A DNA stretch of 64,000 nt, from positions 1,535 through 65,534 of the forward strand of contig HG000341.1 in NCBI GenBank assembly GCA_000436975.1, given 5' to 3'. Origin of the DNA: Clostridium sp. CAG:1000 (GTDB taxonomy: Bacteria; Bacillota_I; Bacilli_A; RF39; UBA660). The notes beneath the pieces were generated by a model. It was not told where the DNA came from. It saw nothing but the letters and a program-made list of their open reading frames with translations, and searched no databases. This document shows, one piece after another, positions 38,185 to 45,612 of the stretch; within the stretch, counting starts at the first letter, position 1, and each line of letters begins with the position of its first letter. The translations under genes were made by a program, and so were the position numbers.

Positions 38185-38889
38185 CTACCAAATATTAAAT
38201 ATAAATATAATGGTAAATATTTTTTCAGGGTTCTCGATGGTATGATACATTAGAAAAGAAACTAAGGATTGAACAAAAATATTTAAAATTATCTCAGGAT
38301 GGCATTTTTGTATTAATGCTGATGTTGCAAATAAAGCAACACATAAAATAATTGGTGTATATTTTTTAATATTTTTATTTCTAATAGACTTTAAAATTAT
38401 ATATACATTTACAATCATAATAATTAAACAAGTAAGATATACGTAATTAACAGATGGACCAAAAGTATATGAATAATAGTTATTTTCTGGCTTAAAGTAA
38501 AACTCTATAGGTAGAGCAAATACAATAAAAATGGATGCAAATATAAAGTAAAATGCTATTTTTTTAAAACGATTATATTTTTTAATGTACTTTTTCGGTA
38601 ATGAAATATAAGCATTGTACAATGTTAATATTGTAAACCATAATATAGTTAATAGTAAAAATACTTTTGCCACAATTATATTAAGTACATATAAACTAGA
38701 AAACTCATCAGATAATAGCCTCATAGATATTTCAAAAAATATTTCAAAGATTAGTACAATCAATAATTTAGAATATAGCTTAGTTTCTTTGTTACTTGTT
38801 CTTTCCTTAGAATAAAACAAAATAGTAATAATTATAATATAAAACATACTTGCCACTGACAAAAGCAACATATTATTCATGTTTTCCAC
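38185..38889 (-). CDS. polytopic membrane sensor domain of the same histidine kinase (frameshift-separated)
   Basis: About seven transmembrane segments, ending ...FLMYHTIENPEK. It then runs out of frame in an A6 tract (plus-strand T6 at 38220-38225). Confidence 0.75.
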   Translation of the reverse strand: MENMNNMLLLSVASMFYIIIITILFYSKERTSNKETKLYSKLLIVLIFEIFFEISMRLLSDEFSSLYVLNIIVAKVFLLLTILWFTILTLYNAYISLPKKYIKKYNRFKKIAFYFIFASIFIVFALPIEFYFKPENNYYSYTFGPSVNYVYLTCLIIMIVNVYIILKSIRNKNIKKYTPIILCVALFATSALIQKCHPEIILNIFVQSLVSFLMYHTIENPEKIFTIIFIFNIW

Positions 38890-38969
38890 TTCCCTACTAA
38901 ATTATACAATAAGTACATAGCTTATTATATATATAATACAACAAACAATAATAAAAATAAATGTTTTAA

Positions 38970-38998
38970 TTGACTAAATGTATCATAATTGATACAAT
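38970..38998 (+). promoter_or_regulatory. promoter TTGACT-17-TACAAT, placed so that transcription should start at or next to the ATG at 39005 (leaderless)
   Basis: -35 at 38970-38975 and -10 at 38993-38998, with only 6 nt and no SD before the ATG. Confidence 0.6.
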
Positions 38999-39004
38999 AT
39001 TAAT

Positions 39005-39277
39005 ATGAAAAAGAAAAATATGTATGATTATATAAATTATATTGAAGTAGATAAGACCACTAAAGAAATTGAAGAAGATTTTGTTCAAGATTTTATAAGT
39101 TTTAGGAAAGAAAATAACTTAACACAAGAACTACTTGGAATATATTCTAACGTAAGTAGAACTAAAATAGCTAGAATAGAAAGTGGTATGCACTCTCCTA
39201 CTATTAGAAACCTACTTCAAATACTAGGGCCTATAGGGTATACAATAAAAATAGAAAAAATAAAGAAAAATAAATAA
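39005..39277 (+). CDS. XRE-family helix-turn-helix transcriptional regulator
   Basis: LTQELLGIYSNVSRTKIARIESGMHSPTIRNLLQIL is a Cro/C1-type HTH. Confidence 0.75.
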   Translation: MKKKNMYDYINYIEVDKTTKEIEEDFVQDFISFRKENNLTQELLGIYSNVSRTKIARIESGMHSPTIRNLLQILGPIGYTIKIEKIKKNK

Positions 39278-39309
39278 TTTTATAGTATAATTAAAAATAG
39301 AGGTATAAA

Positions 39310-40680
39310 ATGAATATAGAAAAAATTGTAAAAGAACAAAGAAAATATTTTAATGAGTTTAACACAAGAGATATAAACTCAAGAATTAACACATTAAAAA
39401 CTATTCGAAAATGGATATTAAATAATGAAGATAAAATATATGAAGCTTTAGAAAAAGATTTAAATAAATCAACAGTTGAAACATATATGTGTGAAATAGG
39501 AATGGCACTTAGTGATATTAGATATCAAATTAATCATTTAAAAAAATGGTCTAAAAGAAAAATGGTTTTAACATCTTTAGCACAATTTCCATCTATTGGT
39601 TATAAATATTATGAGCCATATGGTGTTACTTTAGTTATGAGTACATGGAACTATCCTTTTTTATTATCAGTACAACCCACTATTGCTAGTATTGCTGCTG
39701 GTAATACTGTTATATTAAAACCAAGCGTATATGCCCCTAATACTAGTTCGCTTTTAAATAAAATGTTTACTGAAACTTGCAATAAAAATTTAGTAACTGT
39801 TGTTGAAGGTGGTAGGCGTGAAAATGAAGAAATATTGAATCAAAAATATGATTATATTTTCTTTACAGGAAGCAGTAATGTTGGAAAAATAGTTATGTCA
39901 AAAGCAAGCGAACATTTAACACCTGTTACACTAGAACTAGGTGGTAAAAGTCCATGTATTATAGATGATGATGATAATTTTAAAACATGTGTAAAAAGAT
40001 GTATATTTGGTAAATTATTAAATTCAGGTCAAACTTGTATCGCTACAGACTATTTATTTATAAGAGAAGACTTAAAAGAAAGGTTTATTGAAGAAGCTAG
40101 AATTATTATAGAAGACTTCTTTGGAGATAATCCATTAGCTTCAGATCAAATGGTAAAAATAGTTAATAAAAAACATTTTGATAGACTAAATGGATTACTT
40201 AAAGATGCAAAAATATTGTTAGGTGGTAAAATTGATTTAAAAGCTTTTAAAATAGAGCCAACTTTAGTTGAAATAAAATCAAAAGATTCTAAATTAATGC
40301 AAGAAGAAATATTCGGCCCTATTCTTCCAATTATGACATATAAAAATATTGATGAAGTAATTAAATATATTAATGATCATGAAAAGCCTCTAGCTTGTTA
40401 TATATTCTCAAGTGACAAAATAATTCAAGATAAAATAATTCAAGAATGTAGTTTTGGTGGCGGATGTATTAATGGCACAATAATGCATGTTTTATCACAT
40501 AGCCTTCCATTTGGTGGGGTTGGTAAAAGTGGAATGGGTTCTTATCATGGTAAATATAGTTTTAATACTTTCTCACATGAAAAAAGTATATTAAAGAAAT
40601 TTAAATCATTTGATTTCTCTGCAATATACTATCCATATAATAAATTAAAATTAAAAATCTTTAAAATAGTTATCAAATAA
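39310..40680 (+). CDS. NAD(P)+-dependent aldehyde dehydrogenase (class 3-like)
   Basis: ELGGKSP Glu motif, catalytic Cys in GQTCIATDY, EEIFGPILP. Confidence 0.88.
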   Translation: MNIEKIVKEQRKYFNEFNTRDINSRINTLKTIRKWILNNEDKIYEALEKDLNKSTVETYMCEIGMALSDIRYQINHLKKWSKRKMVLTSLAQFPSIGYKYYEPYGVTLVMSTWNYPFLLSVQPTIASIAAGNTVILKPSVYAPNTSSLLNKMFTETCNKNLVTVVEGGRRENEEILNQKYDYIFFTGSSNVGKIVMSKASEHLTPVTLELGGKSPCIIDDDDNFKTCVKRCIFGKLLNSGQTCIATDYLFIREDLKERFIEEARIIIEDFFGDNPLASDQMVKIVNKKHFDRLNGLLKDAKILLGGKIDLKAFKIEPTLVEIKSKDSKLMQEEIFGPILPIMTYKNIDEVIKYINDHEKPLACYIFSSDKIIQDKIIQECSFGGGCINGTIMHVLSHSLPFGGVGKSGMGSYHGKYSFNTFSHEKSILKKFKSFDFSAIYYPYNKLKLKIFKIVIK

Positions 40681-40711
40681 AAGAGCAATCTAATGCTCTT
40701 TTTATTTGATA

Positions 40712-41959
40712 TTAATTTGTATATTTATCAGATAATGATTCGCAGAAGTATTGTTCATCTCCATAATATCTAGAACCATTAAATGGTATTGATGATAATG
40801 AAAGACCACTATTTTCCTCTGCAATTATATATCTTTTATTTGCTTCATCTATTCCTACTATTAAAGCTATATGTCCTGGACATGAAAGTGCATCTCCTAT
40901 TTTACATACAGCAGTGGACTTTCCAGATAGTTCAATTCTTGGTTTATCATCATACCACACAGCAGTCTTTTGCATCCCTTGTGATACTGCCCAGTTAAAG
41001 AAACCTGAACAATCCATTCCTCCATAGTAGTATGTATTGCCACCTCTTGAAGTAGCAGAAGCTCCTACATTAGCACCCCATTTTGGATTAACACCCATTT
41101 TTTGATATGTTCCACCCCAATAATAAGGTAATTTATATCCATATTCAGCAACTGTTCCAATAAGAGTCATTGCTGAATAAACAGCTGCTTCTCTACTCCC
41201 CACTCCAGCAGCACGTACACCAGTTAAAATTTTATCATTTAATTCACTAATACTTGAACCATTTTCCTTTAATAAATCTTTTAATGATTTACCCTCTAAA
41301 GTTTTAAGATTTTGATATAATGAATCATCAGGATTAACAGGATAATTACTTACGTTAAGATTCTTGTTTTTAATCACATCCTCATATATTTTAGATATTT
41401 TATTTTTTATATCTGGATCGGTAATTGAGTCTATCTTACTTTCTATTGATTTAGATTTACTTATAAAGTTCTTTTTATTTAAAGAATCTATTTCACTAAC
41501 AATATCAACATATACTTTATATTTCTCTAATCTTTTTATTTGGACTTCTTTATTCACTTTTTTGTCATTAACATTGTTTATATATCTTAACGCCTTATTA
41601 TAATCAGTTTTACTAAAAGATGATTCTATTCTTTCGATATACGCATCTATTACGCCCATCTTATTTCCATTTTTAAAACAATCAACTATATCATTTGAAT
41701 TACTTCCAACTATATTAAATATATTTTCTACTATAGTAGGTATTAAAAATATTGAAGCAGCTGCTATAAGCATATTAACAATAGTTTTATTTGCTTTATT
41801 TATTCTATTATCATCAGGATCAAGTATAGCTCTTATATATGTAATCATACCGAATATAATTAATATAATTGGTACTGCTATTTTAATAATAGTAAGAACT
41901 ATCTTAATAATTCTCATAACTTCTAATACTTCAGGAGCACTACATATTCCTAATATCAT
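40712..41959 (-). CDS. membrane-anchored NlpC/P60 (C40) cell-wall peptidase
   Basis: N-terminal transmembrane helices, then a C-terminal catalytic GGMDCSGFFNW ... CPGHIALIVG. Confidence 0.75.
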   Translation of the reverse strand: MILGICSAPEVLEVMRIIKIVLTIIKIAVPIILIIFGMITYIRAILDPDDNRINKANKTIVNMLIAAASIFLIPTIVENIFNIVGSNSNDIVDCFKNGNKMGVIDAYIERIESSFSKTDYNKALRYINNVNDKKVNKEVQIKRLEKYKVYVDIVSEIDSLNKKNFISKSKSIESKIDSITDPDIKNKISKIYEDVIKNKNLNVSNYPVNPDDSLYQNLKTLEGKSLKDLLKENGSSISELNDKILTGVRAAGVGSREAAVYSAMTLIGTVAEYGYKLPYYWGGTYQKMGVNPKWGANVGASATSRGGNTYYYGGMDCSGFFNWAVSQGMQKTAVWYDDKPRIELSGKSTAVCKIGDALSCPGHIALIVGIDEANKRYIIAEENSGLSLSSIPFNGSRYYGDEQYFCESLSDKYTN

Positions 41960-42015
41960 TATATCACCTACAGTCTATTAAAATTATATCATAAAAAGAA
42001 AAGACACAAAAGTGT

Positions 42016-43668
42016 CTAATTAAATTTACTGTATCTTTTTATCATTTTGTCTTTTCCAAGTAACTTCATAATATGATATAAGTCAGGTGTATTTGATTTA
42101 GTAGTTAATGCAACTCTAAGTACAGTTGATACATCCGCTACATTACCTTTAAAGTTCTCAGGATTTTTCTTATATTCTTTAATATTAGATGCATAACCTA
42201 ATAATTCACACATCTCTTTAATTTTGCTAAACCAAACATCTTTTTCATCATTTTCATCATAATATTTAGTTATATAAGTATTTAATATATTTTTAATTTC
42301 ATCTTTATCAGTTATATTTTTCCATTCATATACTTTATCTTCTTTGTCAAATAAGTCATCATACATATACCATATTAAGCTCTTAATCATTTTATAGTTA
42401 TATATATCTTTTCTTGGCTTTTCTTGCTCTCTTTCAATATTTAAAATACTTGTATAATAATTTTTATCTCTATCAATTAATTCTTTGAAGTCAGTATCAT
42501 ATATGCATGCCCATTCATAAGACTTATCACATAAATCACTTGCCTTCATCTTAGAAATTATATCCTTAGATATATTATTTAATTTTTCAAGGTCAAATAA
42601 TGCACCTGATGCTGACATCTTATCAGCAGAAAATTTAAAATCAGTAAATAATGCATCGGGGTTACTACGTCTCCATTCTTCATAATTAGAGTTTATTATA
42701 GTCATTACTGCTTCAACTACTGCATTTGGAACATACCCATTTTCTTCATAAAAACTCATTGAAGCTTCAGGATCTTTTCTCTTACTAATCTTTCTTTTAA
42801 TATCACCATCTTGTTTTAATATTAATGGGTATTGAATATACTTAGGTAATTTAAAGCCAAATGCTTCAAATAATTCAATATGTTTTGGTACAGAACTAAT
42901 CCATTCTTCTCCTCTTACAACATGAGTAGTATGCATTAAATGATCATCTACTAAATGAGCAAAGTGATATGTTGGTAATTTATCACTAGATTTCATAATA
43001 ACAAAGTCTTCATCGTTTGATGGAAATTCTATTCTACCTTTAACTTCATCATCAAAAGGTATTTTGGTTTCAAAGTCACCCATTGATTTAAATCTAATTA
43101 CATAATCTTCACCATTTTTAATTTTATTACACATTTCATCTATAGATAAGAATCTACATCTAGCATATTTACCATAATATCCAGTTCTTTGTTTTTTTCT
43201 TTCTTGATTAACCCTCATAGTATCTAATTCTTCTTTATTACAAAAACATGGATATGCCCTTCCAATCTCTATTGCTTTTTTAATATAAGCATGATAGATA
43301 TCTATTCTTTCGCTTTGAATATATGGGCCATAATTACCAACCATTTTACCATCATATTCATATTCAGTTGGTTTTAAACCATAATGATTAAGTACATGAG
43401 TTATTTTTTCAACTGCATCAGGTATTTCACGTGCTTTATCAGTATCTTCATTTCTTAAGAAAAATACCCCATCACTATTCTTATATATAATATAGTCTAT
43501 TAAAGCACTCATAAAGTTACCTATATGCATATATCCAGTAGGACTAGGAGCAAATCTAGTAACATATTGTCCTTCTTTTAAGTCTCTTTCTGGATATAAC
43601 TTTTCATAATATTCAGTATCATATTTTAAATCAGGAAATATCAAATTAGCTAAATCTTTGTTTGTCAT
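42016..43668 (-). CDS. gltX: glutamate--tRNA ligase (long form)
   Basis: Class I motifs HIGN (PSPTGYMHIGNF) and KISKRK, with catalytic core conservation. Confidence 0.88.
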   Translation of the reverse strand: MTNKDLANLIFPDLKYDTEYYEKLYPERDLKEGQYVTRFAPSPTGYMHIGNFMSALIDYIIYKNSDGVFFLRNEDTDKAREIPDAVEKITHVLNHYGLKPTEYEYDGKMVGNYGPYIQSERIDIYHAYIKKAIEIGRAYPCFCNKEELDTMRVNQERKKQRTGYYGKYARCRFLSIDEMCNKIKNGEDYVIRFKSMGDFETKIPFDDEVKGRIEFPSNDEDFVIMKSSDKLPTYHFAHLVDDHLMHTTHVVRGEEWISSVPKHIELFEAFGFKLPKYIQYPLILKQDGDIKRKISKRKDPEASMSFYEENGYVPNAVVEAVMTIINSNYEEWRRSNPDALFTDFKFSADKMSASGALFDLEKLNNISKDIISKMKASDLCDKSYEWACIYDTDFKELIDRDKNYYTSILNIEREQEKPRKDIYNYKMIKSLIWYMYDDLFDKEDKVYEWKNITDKDEIKNILNTYITKYYDENDEKDVWFSKIKEMCELLGYASNIKEYKKNPENFKGNVADVSTVLRVALTTKSNTPDLYHIMKLLGKDKMIKRYSKFN

Positions 43669-43736
43669 AATACACCTCTTTTTAACAAATAAAATTATAT
43701 AATATTTTCCAAATTAAAACAAGACTATTCGTCTTG

Positions 43737-43994
43737 TTATCTAACAGTAAATATAACATATATGAACACAGAACTAATTGTCACTATAAGAGAAAGTAAC
43801 ATATAATCAGTAACCCTCATCATTTTTTTCTTTTTAGTGACATGCTCTTCTTCTTCAATAACCGTTCTTTCAAGTATTGGTTCCATCTTAATAGTATTTA
43901 AAAGTTCTTCTTCTTTTAATGCTTCTTCTCTTTTTCTAATTTGTTCATCTATATCTATAATCGCAGTTGTTTCAAAACCTACTGTATCTTTCAT
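43737..43994 (-). CDS. hypothetical small protein with a C-terminal transmembrane segment
   Basis: ORF only. Confidence 0.4.
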   Translation of the reverse strand: MKDTVGFETTAIIDIDEQIRKREEALKEEELLNTIKMEPILERTVIEEEEHVTKKKKMMRVTDYMLLSLIVTISSVFIYVIFTVR

Positions 43995-44090
43995 ATTTAC
44001 ACTTCCTTATATCTTTATATATCAATAATATCACAAATGTAAAACATATTACAAGTTTTTTTGCTTATTTTCTAACTTTATTATTTTCTC

Positions 44091-44119
44091 TTGACTTATC
44101 CAAAAATTTATCGTATTAT
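44091..44119 (+). promoter_or_regulatory. tRNA-Ser promoter (TTGACT-17-TATTAT)
   Basis: Hexamers at 44091-44096 and 44114-44119, about 15 nt before the tRNA 5' end. Confidence 0.6.
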
Positions 44120-44133
44120 TTATATGTGCTTAT

Positions 44134-44224
44134 GGAGACATACTCAAGAGGCTGAAGAGGTGCCCCTGCTAAGGGTATAGATCGGGAAACTGGTGCGAGA
44201 GTTCGAATCTCTCTGTCTCCGCCA
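44134..44224 (+). tRNA. tRNA-Ser (anticodon GCU), encoded CCA
   Basis: GGAGACA acceptor stem pairs with TGTCTCC. It has a CTGCTAA anticodon loop, a long variable arm and a GTTCGAATC T-loop. Confidence 0.92.
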
Positions 44225-44234
44225 TATGAAAATT

Positions 44235-44259
44235 AACTCAAGATTTCTTGAGTTTTTTT
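44235..44259 (+). terminator. intrinsic terminator after tRNA-Ser
   Basis: AACTCAAG-ATTT-CTTGAGTT followed by T5. Confidence 0.75.
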
Positions 44260-44292
44260 GTTTTTAATTTTATAATTGTATTAGGAGGAACT

Positions 44293-44670
44293 ATGATAGA
44301 TTTTAAAAATAAAACATTTTTCAAGTTAAAAGCAATTGATAATAAAGAAGGAGAAAAAATAGTTAGTGACATTTTAATACCTAATGAAAAAGTATTCGCA
44401 TCATTCGGAGCATTAAGAGACAAACTAGTATTTACAGACAAAAGAATAATTTCAATTAATGTGCAGGGAATTACAGGTGCTAAAAAAGATTTTACATCTA
44501 TTCCCTACTCTAGAATACAAACATATTCAGTAGAGACTGCTGGTACATTAGATTTAGATGCTGAACTTGATATAACTATCAGTGGACTGGGTACTGTTAG
44601 ATTTGAATTAACAAATTCAAGTAATATAAAAGAAATATGTGCTAAAATATCAGAAAAGATTTTAAACTAA
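44293..44670 (+). CDS. bacterial PH-domain protein (YokE-like)
   Basis: AGGAGGAA SD before the ATG at 44293. The pattern ...ALRDKLVFTDKRIISINVQG...FTSIPYSRIQTYSVET... is typical of bPH domains. Confidence 0.55.
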   Translation: MIDFKNKTFFKLKAIDNKEGEKIVSDILIPNEKVFASFGALRDKLVFTDKRIISINVQGITGAKKDFTSIPYSRIQTYSVETAGTLDLDAELDITISGLGTVRFELTNSSNIKEICAKISEKILN

Positions 44671-44685
44671 AAGCAAGATTTTGAA

Positions 44686-45219
44686 TTAGTCTTGCTTTTT
44701 ATTTGTTTTATTATATTCATTACATTTTTCTTCTAATAATGTAAAATTGCAACATCTTTTATAAATGTTTGAGTCTAAAGTTCCATTTTTGAATTTATTA
44801 TATAATTTTTTAGATTTATTATAAAGTTTTTCATCATTACGATTAAGCCAATAAATCTGTTCCTGCAACATTTTTGTATATTTTAATTCACTCGTTGTAA
44901 AACACTCTTTATCTAAATCGATTTTTTCAACATTTTGACTCATTACTGGAATCATATTGTTGAAATTAACAGCACCAAGTTTACCATTATCTATTTTTAA
45001 AAAGTCTAGTGTAGTTCTCATTGTCTTATGTTTAGACTTTGGACTTGATAAAGGAGCAAAATAACTACAATTATTTACTTTAAATAAAACTCCAATAAAT
45101 GGTCTTAATTGTTTTTTATCAAAATTATATGGAATCCTTTTATCAAACTTTCTTAAATAATCACAATATTTTTGATCTAATCTAACTAAAATTAAATTTT
45201 CCACTTTCATCACCTCCAT
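44686..45219 (-). CDS. toxN: type III toxin-antitoxin toxin, ToxN/AbiQ-family endoribonuclease
   Basis: YFAPLSSPKSKH, LGAVNFNNMIPV and CNFTLLEEKCNEY align with ToxN LAPLTSPKKWH, LGLINLKFMIP and CNFSLLEEKYRDF. The true start may be the GTG at 45204, after GGAGG. Confidence 0.9.
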   Translation of the reverse strand: MEVMKVENLILVRLDQKYCDYLRKFDKRIPYNFDKKQLRPFIGVLFKVNNCSYFAPLSSPKSKHKTMRTTLDFLKIDNGKLGAVNFNNMIPVMSQNVEKIDLDKECFTTSELKYTKMLQEQIYWLNRNDEKLYNKSKKLYNKFKNGTLDSNIYKRCCNFTLLEEKCNEYNKTNKKQD

Positions 45220-45253
45220 TTTATAAGTGTCGTTTTATTTAGTTGATATAACA

Positions 45254-45282
45254 TTTATATCATGCAAACAAAAGTTTGTCAA
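45254..45282 (-). promoter_or_regulatory. candidate internal promoter (TTGACA-17-TATAAA) between the antitoxin terminator and toxN
   Basis: Reverse strand TTGACA (45282-45277), a 17-nt spacer, then TATAAA (45259-45254). Confidence 0.45.
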
Positions 45283-45303
45283 TTGCTTTTTTATCATAAT
45301 ATT

Positions 45304-45327
45304 AAAAAACTAGAGTTTGCTCTCTAG
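45304..45327 (-). terminator. intrinsic terminator between antitoxin repeats and toxN
   Basis: Reverse strand CTAGAG-AGCAAA-CTCTAG followed by T6. This is the position where ToxIN-type loci attenuate toxin transcription. Confidence 0.75.
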
Positions 45328-45330
45328 TTA

Positions 45331-45442
45331 CTTTTTTAAGTTCCATTTACGGCTGGAATCACCGCTTTTTTAAGTTCCTATCAAAGTTGGAATCACTTCT
45401 TTTTTAAGTTCCTATCAAAGTTGGAATCACTTGCTTTTTTAA
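45331..45442 (-). ncRNA. toxI: ToxI/antiQ-like antitoxin RNA: three tandem 34-35 nt repeats plus a partial fourth
   Basis: Units lie at 45332-45365, 45366-45399 and 45400-45434, with a partial unit at 45435-45442. Units 2 and 3 are identical over 33 nt. The transcribed-strand unit is GAAGTGATTCCAACTTTGATAGGAACTTAAAAAA. A TATAAT -10 lies at 45465-45460. Confidence 0.85.
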
Positions 45443-45612
45443 TATTACACACTTACAATATTATATGAATATATACTCTACTGTTTCGTGCATATTAAGT
45501 ATATCATAAAAATATATGTTTGTCTATTACTTTTTTTGTAAAGAAATTGTCTTAATAATTAAAAATAATATCTTATTATGATAAAATAAATAAGTATGAT
45601 TAAGGAGTTAAA

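Noticed and set aside
43669-43736. A T-box leader might be expected upstream of gltX.
   Set aside because: Only 68 nt are available and there is no GGUGGNACC-like T-box sequence.
45331-45442. Tandem repeats of about 34 nt might be a small CRISPR array.
   Set aside because: The repeats are contiguous with no unique spacers, and no cas genes are present. They sit in the canonical position upstream of a ToxN/AbiQ gene, so they are an antitoxin RNA, not a CRISPR array.
44225-45612. The tRNA-Ser flank might be an integrated mobile element with att repeats.
   Set aside because: I found no direct repeat of the tRNA 3' end and no integrase or recombinase in the interval. It is reported only as a possible old islet.
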